From assembly GCF_000016745.1 (NCBI RefSeq), contig NC_009483.1, forward strand, positions 3,060,001-3,092,000: a stretch of DNA of 32,000 nt, in the 5' to 3' direction. Below the pieces are notes generated by a model. It saw only the letters and a program-made list of their open reading frames with translations. It did no database searches and was not told the origin of the DNA. Below, one piece after another: positions 8,279 to 15,198 of this stretch (positions within the stretch are counted from its first letter, which is position 1; every line of letters starts with the position of its first letter). Position numbers and translations under genes: made by a program. The DNA is from Geotalea uraniireducens Rf4. Lineage in GTDB: Bacteria; Desulfobacterota; Desulfuromonadia; Geobacterales; Geobacteraceae.

Positions 8279-8962
8279 TCACAAGGATTTCCAGCGATAG
8301 GTCGGCAAGTCGAAGGCGCCGGCGACGAGATCGCGTACTACCTTCTGCTGATCTTCGACCGTGGCCGACCCGTCAATGGTCACGAAGCTGCAATCATCCC
8401 GCATGGCAAGATACTCGCGATAGATCCGCTCCTGAAAGAGCCGGAAACTCTCCTGGGGATCAGCGGAAAGCCCCAGGTCCATTCCGGCTTCGTGGTACTT
8501 GAGCTGGGGTCTGCCGGCAAGGATTCGCGAAAGGGCTACGGGAAGGGGGGTATCGAAGAACAGGGTCAGGTCCGGGCGACGGGCGAACTCGTACAGGCTG
8601 CGCAGCCAGGTGCAGGAGCATCCCCGGACGGCGTCCCGGGCGAAGGCGGTGTAAAAGTACCGGTCGCAGAGGACCAGGTAGCCGGCCTTGAGCAGCGGCA
8701 GTATCTGACGTTCATACCGGTCGGCAAAATCCGCTGCGTGGATGAGGCTAAAGGTGGTGGGGGTGAGGAGGTGCCTCTTCTTCCCCTTGCTGGTCGCTTT
8801 CTTGACGATGACCGACGAGTTCCACTCGGTGAAAAAAACCTTGAGTCCCCGCAACTCCAGCCAGCGTTTGAGGAGATAGAGCTGAGTCGATTTACCCGAG
8901 CCATCGAGTCCTTCGACAGCGACCAGCTTGCCGGGAAGCTCCGTGAACATGTCGCTTTTCAT
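8279..8962 (-). CDS. Thymidylate kinase-like P-loop protein, canonical Walker A
   Basis: 227 aa. AVEGLDGSGKSTQ P-loop and a DRY motif (LCDRYFYT). ATGA overlap with the upstream HhH gene at 8959-8962. Confidence 0.7.
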   Translation of the reverse strand: MKSDMFTELPGKLVAVEGLDGSGKSTQLYLLKRWLELRGLKVFFTEWNSSVIVKKATSKGKKRHLLTPTTFSLIHAADFADRYERQILPLLKAGYLVLCDRYFYTAFARDAVRGCSCTWLRSLYEFARRPDLTLFFDTPLPVALSRILAGRPQLKYHEAGMDLGLSADPQESFRLFQERIYREYLAMRDDCSFVTIDGSATVEDQQKVVRDLVAGAFDLPTYRWKSL

Positions 8963-9486
8963 CGGGCGAGAACCCTCTTCAGCGATTTTCGCGCCTTTTT
9001 GAGCCCCCGGCCGATATCCGCCAACCCGGCATCGGCGAGGGCGGCAAGTCGTTTCTCGGCCTTGGCCAACCCTTTACCGGCCTTTTTCACCCTGGTGTCC
9101 AGCTTCCCCTCCACCTTCTCCAGTGAACTGATTACCTTCAGGATCTCCTTTTCCACTTTCCTGCCGGTCTTGCCGACGGCTTCCTGGGCAAAGCTGTCCC
9201 GAACCCGCAGAGCAACACCCTGGACCTGCTCCTTCAGAATGGCCGCGCTTCGCTTCAGATTCTCCACCTTCTGGGCTCTGGTCGTCTGCGCCTCGCCCAC
9301 CAGTTGACCTGCCTGCTCGACGATCGAGGTGACCAGGCGCGGGTTTATGCCCGGAATCTTTTTCAGCCCATCCTCGCCCGCTGCGGCCACCTTGGCAAAC
9401 GTGTCGTAGCCCGCCTCGACCAGGCGTCCGGACAGGACCTCCCCCACCCCTCTGAGCTTCTGCAGCTCACTCAACTTCTTTTTCAT
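8959..9486 (-). CDS. Helix-hairpin-helix protein with a long Lys-rich coiled-coil C-terminal region
   Basis: 175 aa. The N-terminal LQKLRGVGEVLSGRLVEAGYDTFAKVAAAGEDGLKKIPGINPRLV reads as two HhH motifs (GVG.. and IPGI..). The remainder is a heptad-like, K/R/A/E-rich helix ending KKARKSLKRVLAR. Confidence 0.6.
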   Translation of the reverse strand: MKKKLSELQKLRGVGEVLSGRLVEAGYDTFAKVAAAGEDGLKKIPGINPRLVTSIVEQAGQLVGEAQTTRAQKVENLKRSAAILKEQVQGVALRVRDSFAQEAVGKTGRKVEKEILKVISSLEKVEGKLDTRVKKAGKGLAKAEKRLAALADAGLADIGRGLKKARKSLKRVLAR

Positions 9487-9525
9487 GCACGCTCTCCGTC
9501 ATGGGATTCAAAATCACGATCTGCG

Positions 9526-10029
9526 CTATCCGATAACAATCTCATCCGGTTTCAGCAGCTTCTTCCCCACCGCTGCCCATTTGAGGGTGGCCGGCGCCTG
9601 GAGCGCCGCCGGGTCGATAACCAGCTTGACACCAACGCCTTTCTTCAGATTGAAACCTCCCGGAAGGGAGAGTAGTGAAGAGATGACCTGACTCAGGTCA
9701 GGCTCATGGCCCACGAGCACCAATTCCTGAACAGTCGGAAAGGCGTCTAGCACTTTACGTAGCGCTACCATGCCGAACCCCGGCGCGAGCTCATCCGTCA
9801 CTTGCAGGGAACCGTCATAGGACAGGGTTTCCGCCAGGATATCCGCAGTCTGGACCGCCCTTATGAGCGGACTGGTGAGGATGAGGTCGGGGTTTACCTT
9901 TTTTTGCAGCAACGTCCGGGCAGTCTTCCGGATTAAGTCCCGGCCTTCAGGGGTGAGATAGCGCTGTTCTTCGGGAACCTCAGCGTTCCTCTCGATGGCC
10001 GCTGCGTGACGTACGATATAGAGTTTCAT
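9526..10029 (-). CDS. sixA: Phosphohistidine phosphatase SixA (histidine phosphatase superfamily)
   Basis: 167 aa. MKLYIVRHAAA (RHG-type motif), TSPLIRAVQTA, LVGHEPDLS. Confidence 0.75.
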   Translation of the reverse strand: MKLYIVRHAAAIERNAEVPEEQRYLTPEGRDLIRKTARTLLQKKVNPDLILTSPLIRAVQTADILAETLSYDGSLQVTDELAPGFGMVALRKVLDAFPTVQELVLVGHEPDLSQVISSLLSLPGGFNLKKGVGVKLVIDPAALQAPATLKWAAVGKKLLKPDEIVIG

Positions 10030-10053
10030 GGCGCCTTTCCTGACACTCCTTTA

Positions 10054-10269
10054 TTAACCAATGCTCTTAATTTCAGGTTCCGGCTTCCTTCTTTCCGGCC
10101 CTTTGTAATCGGTCGTAAATCCCACTATTTGATTTCGTCTGATCTCTAACCATCCCTCAGCGCACTGGATGGCTGCAATCCTGTTTGACCTCATCAATTC
10201 GACAATTTTGGAGGCGCTAACGGTATCTTTCTTGCCATCTGTATAGATCACCGTTAGTTCGATAAACAT
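10054..10269 (-). CDS. Small hypothetical protein (71 aa)
   Basis: MFIELTVIYTDGKKDTVSASKIVELMRSNRIAAIQCAEGWLEIRRNQ..GPERRKPEPE. Tightly packed between the flanking genes. Reminiscent of small Geobacter-type proteins but not confidently recognised. Visibly more AT-rich than its neighbours. Confidence 0.5.
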   Translation of the reverse strand: MFIELTVIYTDGKKDTVSASKIVELMRSNRIAAIQCAEGWLEIRRNQIVGFTTDYKGPERRKPEPEIKSIG

Positions 10270-10298
10270 GCTAATTCCTCCATGACCATCTTGCCCGG

Positions 10299-10988
10299 CT
10301 ATTTCAGGACAAAGTCGGCGATGGTTCTGGCAATCCGCGCGTTCCTGGCCTTGCCGTTATTGAAAATCATGTGGTAGAGGAGCGGGTCGCTCTCGGCTGC
10401 GTCCAGGAGTTTGCGGATTATCTTGTCCCGTTCTTTCTGCTGGTCCACGACGAGGATTTCAGCTTCCTGTATTGGTATGTTCATCCGCCGGGCTACGGAG
10501 TGCACCTTGAACCCCTGTTCAGCAAACAGCCGAATATGGAAACAGTTCTTCATGGTCTTCGTGATGATGGCCGCCCCCAGGCCTACGAAAATGGCGTTGC
10601 CGGCCGTAGCAAGCGACACGACCTGCTCACAGAGGAGCCGGTAGTAGTCAGCGTCGCTCTTCCATTTCGGAGAGAGGGTGGCAAACATGTCATCAAGCCA
10701 GCGAGGCTTGTGCCCCAGGGAAAGCATGACCTCTTCCGGGATTTTATGCTCTTTGGCCACTGCATCGAGGAGTGAAATGTCCACTATCAGCCACTCTTCG
10801 CCGGTCATCTGTTCAACTAACTTTTTCAGCTCCTCCGCAATCGGGTATGCCTCGCAACCGAACTCCCTGGAAATGGTTATGGTCGGTTTCAGCGGAGCAC
10901 CCTCTACCAGCGACTTGGCGCGGTTACTGAGCTCGTGGTACGCCCTCAGCCTCTGTTCCACCGATGGGGTAAGCACTGTAACTGGCAT
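10299..10988 (-). CDS. Cytidylate kinase-like family protein with a degenerate P-loop
   Basis: Track ORF 10299..11021. I prefer the ATG at 10988, preceded by AAGGAGG. ITISREFGCEAYPIAEELKK aligns with the family's ITISRexGSGG..ia..La block, but the glycine-rich loop is lost. Confidence 0.6.
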   Translation of the reverse strand: MPVTVLTPSVEQRLRAYHELSNRAKSLVEGAPLKPTITISREFGCEAYPIAEELKKLVEQMTGEEWLIVDISLLDAVAKEHKIPEEVMLSLGHKPRWLDDMFATLSPKWKSDADYYRLLCEQVVSLATAGNAIFVGLGAAIITKTMKNCFHIRLFAEQGFKVHSVARRMNIPIQEAEILVVDQQKERDKIIRKLLDAAESDPLLYHMIFNNGKARNARIARTIADFVLK

Positions 10989-11062
10989 GTTAACCTCCTT
11001 CAGGCAGGATTCGCGCCCCAATTCCCGTTAGCGAGGGCGGGCGCACCTGATTAATTTAATTT

Positions 11063-11091
11063 AATTAAATCACAGGTTTTATCATTGTCAA
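11063..11091 (-). promoter_or_regulatory. Candidate sigma70-type promoter in an AT-rich tract upstream of the cmk-like gene
   Basis: On the minus strand: TTGACA (11086-11091), a 17-nt spacer, then TTAATT (11063-11068). Embedded in a (TAATT)x3 tract that is highly unusual for this GC-rich window. The -10 element is weak. Confidence 0.3.
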
Positions 11092-11196
11092 TCTTGAGAA
11101 GAAGTCGGCAATGCCCCTGTTCATCACCGCTGCCAGTGGCTCACCGACATGGTGCGCCTCCCATATGCGTGATATTCGCTGTCACACAGATACAGA

Positions 11197-12021
11197 TCAA
11201 AAAACCTCCGGGATGAACTTGAACGGGTAATCTGGCGACTTGTACTTCTGGTCTTTCTGCCGTTTCGGCAGTTTCACCTTTTCGCGCGGCGCCTCCTCGT
11301 AAGGAATCTTGCCGAGAAGGTGGGTAATGAGATTCAGCCTCGCGCGTTTCTTGTCGTCCGATTTCGCCACGTACCACGGGGCCCACGCCGTGTCGGTCGA
11401 TGCAAACATTTCGTCGCGCGCCTTGGTATAGTCGTCCCAGCGGCTGTAGGACTGGAGGTCCATGGGCGATAGTTTCCAGATCTTGCGCCCGTCGTCGATA
11501 CGCGCTTCGAGCCGGCGGGTCTGCTCATCAGGATTAACCTCGAGCCAATACTTGAGGAGGATGATGCCGGATTCGACCATCAGTTTCTCGAAGAGCGGCA
11601 CAACTCCCAGGAAGCGCCTGGCCTGCTCCTCTGTGCAGAAGCCCATGACCCGCTCGACCCCGGCCCGGTTGTACCAGCTGCGGTCAAAGATGACCACCTC
11701 GCCTGCCGCCGGCAGATGCGGCAAATAGCGCTGGGCATACATCTGCGTCTTCTCCCGCTCCGTCGGGGCGGGGAGCGCCACCACGCGAAATACCCGCGGG
11801 CTGATCCGTTCGGTGATCGCCTTGATCGTCCCCCCCTTCCCTGCGCCGTCGCGCCCTTCGAAGATCACACAGACCTTGAGCCCCTTGTACTTGACCCACT
11901 CCTGGAGCTTGACCAGCTCCACGTGAAGCTTCGCAAGTTCCTGTTCATAATCCTTGGTTTTCAACTTTTCACCGGATTTCTCATTTTCCCCTTTACCCTT
12001 TCCCTTTTTTGCACCTTTCAT
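11197..12021 (-). CDS. ppk2: Polyphosphate kinase 2 (single-domain PPK2)
   Basis: 274 aa. Walker A FEGRDGAGKGGTIK, Walker B-like IFDRSWYNRAGVERVMGF, and a lid region (..WKLSPMDLQSYSRWDDY..). Confidence 0.9.
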   Translation of the reverse strand: MKGAKKGKGKGENEKSGEKLKTKDYEQELAKLHVELVKLQEWVKYKGLKVCVIFEGRDGAGKGGTIKAITERISPRVFRVVALPAPTEREKTQMYAQRYLPHLPAAGEVVIFDRSWYNRAGVERVMGFCTEEQARRFLGVVPLFEKLMVESGIILLKYWLEVNPDEQTRRLEARIDDGRKIWKLSPMDLQSYSRWDDYTKARDEMFASTDTAWAPWYVAKSDDKKRARLNLITHLLGKIPYEEAPREKVKLPKRQKDQKYKSPDYPFKFIPEVF

Positions 12022-12154
12022 GGTTACCGCTCCTTTCTCCGCGTCATGCTAAACGGTTGCTTATTCTCATCATTCACCACTTATCTTCCGGAAGACACTC
12101 GACGTTCATTGCTGGCCTCCCCTTCATCCCGACCCGGCAACCGGACCGTCCACC

Positions 12155-14032
12155 TCAGAAAAATTCCCGCAGATTTTCGTCGATCCCTTTGAGTGTTTCG
12201 TACCAGAACTCCCGGGCAGCCTCGACTCTGTCCCGGTCGAACTTTTCGAGCCAATCGCCCAGCCGGGGGTCCTTCTCGTGGTCGACGTCCCTTTTCCGTT
12301 TCAGGAAGGTATGCAGATAGTCGATGTTACTCTTCGATTCCCAGAAAATCGGGCTGTTTCGGCTGTGCAGGCGGCTCGCGAGCACGTCGATGGCACGCAG
12401 GAAGCTCTCCTTGCAACCGTACAGCGAGCCCACGGCCTCGGGGAGCATCTCCTCCGCCCACCCGCGGTGAAAACGGCAGGTGCCGAGATTGTCGAGAATG
12501 AGTTCCTTCTTCATCCGATCCGCGCACATTCTCCCCAGGACCCGGGGCGGGATGAAGTCGTAGCTGTAGATCATGTAGTACTTCCCCATGATGGCCATCG
12601 GGGCCAGCGCGCCGGCGACCCAGTACTGGTTGGGGACCATCCATCCCCGCCGGCTGAAGGCGATGTATACAAGGCGGTCATGGAGCGACACACCTTTCTC
12701 CCGTGAATGGATCCGGCTCCACTTGCGCACCCCTTCTCCGAAATCGAGAATACCGCGCCGCTCCAGGATCGCGTCGATCAGTTCGCAGCCGAGATCGGCA
12801 TTGTGCATGGAATCGCTTACCACATCGAAACCCGCCACCTCCCAGCGCGGCAGCCTCGTGACCCCGAGCTCTTCACAGGTCAACAGTTTCGCGTCCAGAA
12901 GGTCCATCAGCCATGCCAGCACCCCCCCGCCGGAAATGGCGTCAAAACCCATGGCGTCGCAGTGGTGGTTGAGTTTTTCCGCCGCCCGCTGGTCGAAGAT
13001 GCCGCACAGGGGGCCCATGGTCTGGTATGGTTCGTAGTCCTTCTTGTACATGCCGCTCATCTTCTTGCAGACGGCGGCGCAGGGTTCGCCGCAGGTGGCC
13101 TGCTGTTTGGGTGTGATGGTCTCTTCGTTGAACTGCCTGAGGTAGTGATCGATCACGAAGTTTTGATGCAGGGCCTGGCGCTCCTCTTCCGTCCAGAAAA
13201 TGGTGCGGTAGTTGAAGGCCAGGATCTTCCCCCCCATGGTGGCGTAGTTGACGCCGAAGGTGCCGCCGGTATGAAGCTTTTCGTCGTAACGATACTTGCT
13301 GGTCGCCTCCATGTCCTTTTGCATCAGGCGCAGGTTGTACTTGTTCCGGAACCATTCGTCGGCCACCGTGTGGTCGCGGAAGTCCTCGTTTACCATCGTG
13401 CCGCCGTAGATGATTGCGACGATGCCATGCTCCCGGACCATCGCGCTGCCGAAGCCGCCGCGGCCGGCCCAGGTGTCGACGAAGCTGATCTTTCCCTTGG
13501 TGATGGGGACCGACATGATCCCTCCCACGTCGGTATGCATGGCCGCCGGACCGGTGACGAGGATGCGCGGATCGTTCGCGTAACGGGAGCCGAACATCTC
13601 GTAGACCTTGTCCGTCAGGGAGTAAACCCCCGTGCGCCCCGCCTTCCAGATGGACTCCACGTCAACGGGGACCACCTCGACCTCGATCTCTTCACCGTGG
13701 TTGCGGTTCAGGCAGAGGACCGACGGGACGGGGGCCTTCCCCACCAGGCTGAGCATGTTGATCCCCAGGTTGTCGAACACAAGCCCCGCGCCCCCCATGG
13801 AGCTGATGTAATACCCCTGCCAGCAGGGGGAAAAGCCGGTCACCACCAGCCGGTTCGAGCCCGGGAAGATGGAGCCGGCGAAGATGCCGACGCCGAAATT
13901 GAGGCTCCGGTACTCTGCGGCAAGATGGATACCGAGGTCCACCGGCCCGAAATAACGGTCGAAGCCGTACTTTCGAGTCTTGTAAAATCCGGTCGCCGGA
14001 TCGACCAATAGCACTCTCTGGAACATGTTCAT
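12155..14032 (-). CDS. aor: Aldehyde:ferredoxin oxidoreductase family protein (tungstopterin type), divergent
   Basis: 625 aa. AOR N-terminal domain (RVLLVDPATG...GPVDLG...GSNRLVVTG), a Cys cluster (TCGEPCAAVCKK plus LGTCRFH) and DAISGGGVLAWLMD. GAGGTG RBS lies upstream of the ATG at 14032. Confidence 0.8.
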   Translation of the reverse strand: MNMFQRVLLVDPATGFYKTRKYGFDRYFGPVDLGIHLAAEYRSLNFGVGIFAGSIFPGSNRLVVTGFSPCWQGYYISSMGGAGLVFDNLGINMLSLVGKAPVPSVLCLNRNHGEEIEVEVVPVDVESIWKAGRTGVYSLTDKVYEMFGSRYANDPRILVTGPAAMHTDVGGIMSVPITKGKISFVDTWAGRGGFGSAMVREHGIVAIIYGGTMVNEDFRDHTVADEWFRNKYNLRLMQKDMEATSKYRYDEKLHTGGTFGVNYATMGGKILAFNYRTIFWTEEERQALHQNFVIDHYLRQFNEETITPKQQATCGEPCAAVCKKMSGMYKKDYEPYQTMGPLCGIFDQRAAEKLNHHCDAMGFDAISGGGVLAWLMDLLDAKLLTCEELGVTRLPRWEVAGFDVVSDSMHNADLGCELIDAILERRGILDFGEGVRKWSRIHSREKGVSLHDRLVYIAFSRRGWMVPNQYWVAGALAPMAIMGKYYMIYSYDFIPPRVLGRMCADRMKKELILDNLGTCRFHRGWAEEMLPEAVGSLYGCKESFLRAIDVLASRLHSRNSPIFWESKSNIDYLHTFLKRKRDVDHEKDPRLGDWLEKFDRDRVEAAREFWYETLKGIDENLREFF

Positions 14033-14070
14033 ACGTCACCTCGGCTTGTTCTATTATCCAAAAAGAAGCG

Positions 14071-14105
14071 TTTCTCGCGCAAAGCCGCAAAGAACGCAAA
14101 GAAAT
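14071..14105. repeat. 35-bp intergenic repeat, (CGCAAAG)x3 orientation
   Basis: TTTCTCGCGCAAAGCCGCAAAGAACGCAAAGAAAT. Its reverse complement recurs at 14662-14696 with one mismatch. Confidence 0.85.
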
Positions 14106-14115
14106 TCAGGATGTT

Positions 14116-14490
14116 TCATGTTGTTTCCTGGCCTTCCAGAGAAGAAACTGTGATGCTTTCCTTTTGTATCCCCATCTGCCTTTCGACAACTGGCTGGGAA
14201 TAATGGTTGCCCGTGGAGAGGCACTTTACCGGGCAGACCTCGACGCACAGGTTGCAGATGCAGCACTTAAGCCGGTCGATCTGCCACGCCTTGCTCTCCT
14301 TGGTGACCGTGATGGCGTAGGTCGGACAGCGCCTGCCGCACATGCCGCAGAAGATGCACCTGTCGATGGCGTTCTCTATCCTCCCCCGGGTGATGGCGGT
14401 AAAAATCCGCTCCCGTTGGGGATACATGAGGGTGGCCGGCCCTGTGACCAGGTTTTTAGTTACCGTTTTCGTCATCGTGAAAATTTTCAT
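14116..14490 (-). CDS. 2x[4Fe-4S] ferredoxin-like subunit (EchF/NuoI/HycF-like)
   Basis: 124 aa. Two CxxCxxCxxxCP motifs (CIFCGMCGRRCP and CCICNLCVEVCP). Its ATG (14488-14490) overlaps the TGA of the large-subunit stub. Confidence 0.8.
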   Translation of the reverse strand: MKIFTMTKTVTKNLVTGPATLMYPQRERIFTAITRGRIENAIDRCIFCGMCGRRCPTYAITVTKESKAWQIDRLKCCICNLCVEVCPVKCLSTGNHYSQPVVERQMGIQKESITVSSLEGQETT

Positions 14491-14645
14491 GGTGGCGTGT
14501 CCTCACCTTCCGTGCAGCTGATGCACGGGTCCAGGGTTAATATGATGTTCGGCACGTCGGCGACCTCCGATCCCTTCAGCACCTTGATCATGGCCGGAAT
14601 GTTGCTGAAGGTGGGGACGCGTACACTAATGGTTTTGGTTTGTGT
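14487..14645 (-). pseudogene. C-terminal stub (52 codons) of a group 4 [NiFe]-hydrogenase large subunit (EchE/NuoD-like)
   Basis: Hand translation: TQTKTISVRVPTFSNIPAMIKVLKGSEVADVPNIILTLDPCISCTEGEDTPP*. It contains the C-terminal DPCxxC Ni-Fe ligand motif. It is preceded by an in-frame TAG (14646-14648) and has no plausible start. Only 88 bp separate it from the small-subunit gene. Confidence 0.65.
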
Positions 14646-14661
14646 CTACATAAGATTTCGC

Positions 14662-14696
14662 ATTTCTTTGCGTCCTTTGCGGCTTTGCGCGAGAAA
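14662..14696. repeat. 35-bp intergenic repeat, (CTTTGCG)x3 orientation
   Basis: ATTTCTTTGCGTCCTTTGCGGCTTTGCGCGAGAAA is the reverse complement of 14071-14105 with one mismatch, at 14674. Confidence 0.85.
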
Positions 14697-14736
14697 TTGC
14701 ATTTTGGGTTCGACCTCTTCGGATATTTCACGGCCC

Positions 14737-15180
14737 TTACGGCCACCGTCCGGTCTTTTTCCGCTGCGCATATTTCTCTTCAAGGATGTCGCACGCCTTG
14801 AGCACGCCGTCGATGATCGCTTCCGGCCGGGCGGCGCACCCCGGCACATACACGTCCACCGGCAGCACCTTGTCGACCCCGCCCAGCACGTTGTAACAGT
14901 CCTGGAACACGCAGCCGGACGTGGCGCAGATCCCCACCGCCACGATGACCTTCGGATTCGGCATCTGGTCGTAGAGATTCTGCAGAACCTGTCTGCTCTT
15001 CTCGTTGACCGATCCGGTCACCGCCAGGATGTCGGCATGCTTCGGGTTGCCGGTGCTCATGATGCCGAACCGTTCCAGATCATACAGGGGCGTCAGGCTG
15101 GCGATCAGCTCGATGTCGCAGCCGTTGCAACTGGTCGCATTGTAATGGAGCACCCATGGTGAACGTTTGAACCACCCCAT
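14737..15180 (-). CDS. Group 4 hydrogenase small subunit / NuoB-like (EchC/MbhJ-like)
   Basis: 147 aa. SCNGCDIE, NPKHADILAVTGSV, AVGICATSGCVF, VDVYVPGCAARPEAIIDG. The Cys ligands of the proximal [4Fe-4S] cluster are present. Confidence 0.85.
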   Translation of the reverse strand: MGWFKRSPWVLHYNATSCNGCDIELIASLTPLYDLERFGIMSTGNPKHADILAVTGSVNEKSRQVLQNLYDQMPNPKVIVAVGICATSGCVFQDCYNVLGGVDKVLPVDVYVPGCAARPEAIIDGVLKACDILEEKYAQRKKTGRWP

Positions 15181-15198
15181 AATTTTTTCTCCGCGTTC

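Noticed and set aside
11106-11230. Short plus-strand ORF starting at ATGCCCCTGTTCATC in the PPK2 / cmk-like spacer
   Set aside because: It has no RBS, overlaps the PPK2 3' end antisense, and its translation is not protein-like.
14071-14105. GCGCAAAGCC within the repeat resembles the ACGCAAAGCC core of GEMM-I (c-di-GMP) riboswitches common in Geobacter
   Set aside because: Only that short core matches. The flanking P1/P2 helices, GNRA tetraloop and receptor are not present, and the element occurs in both orientations between cistrons rather than in a 5' leader.
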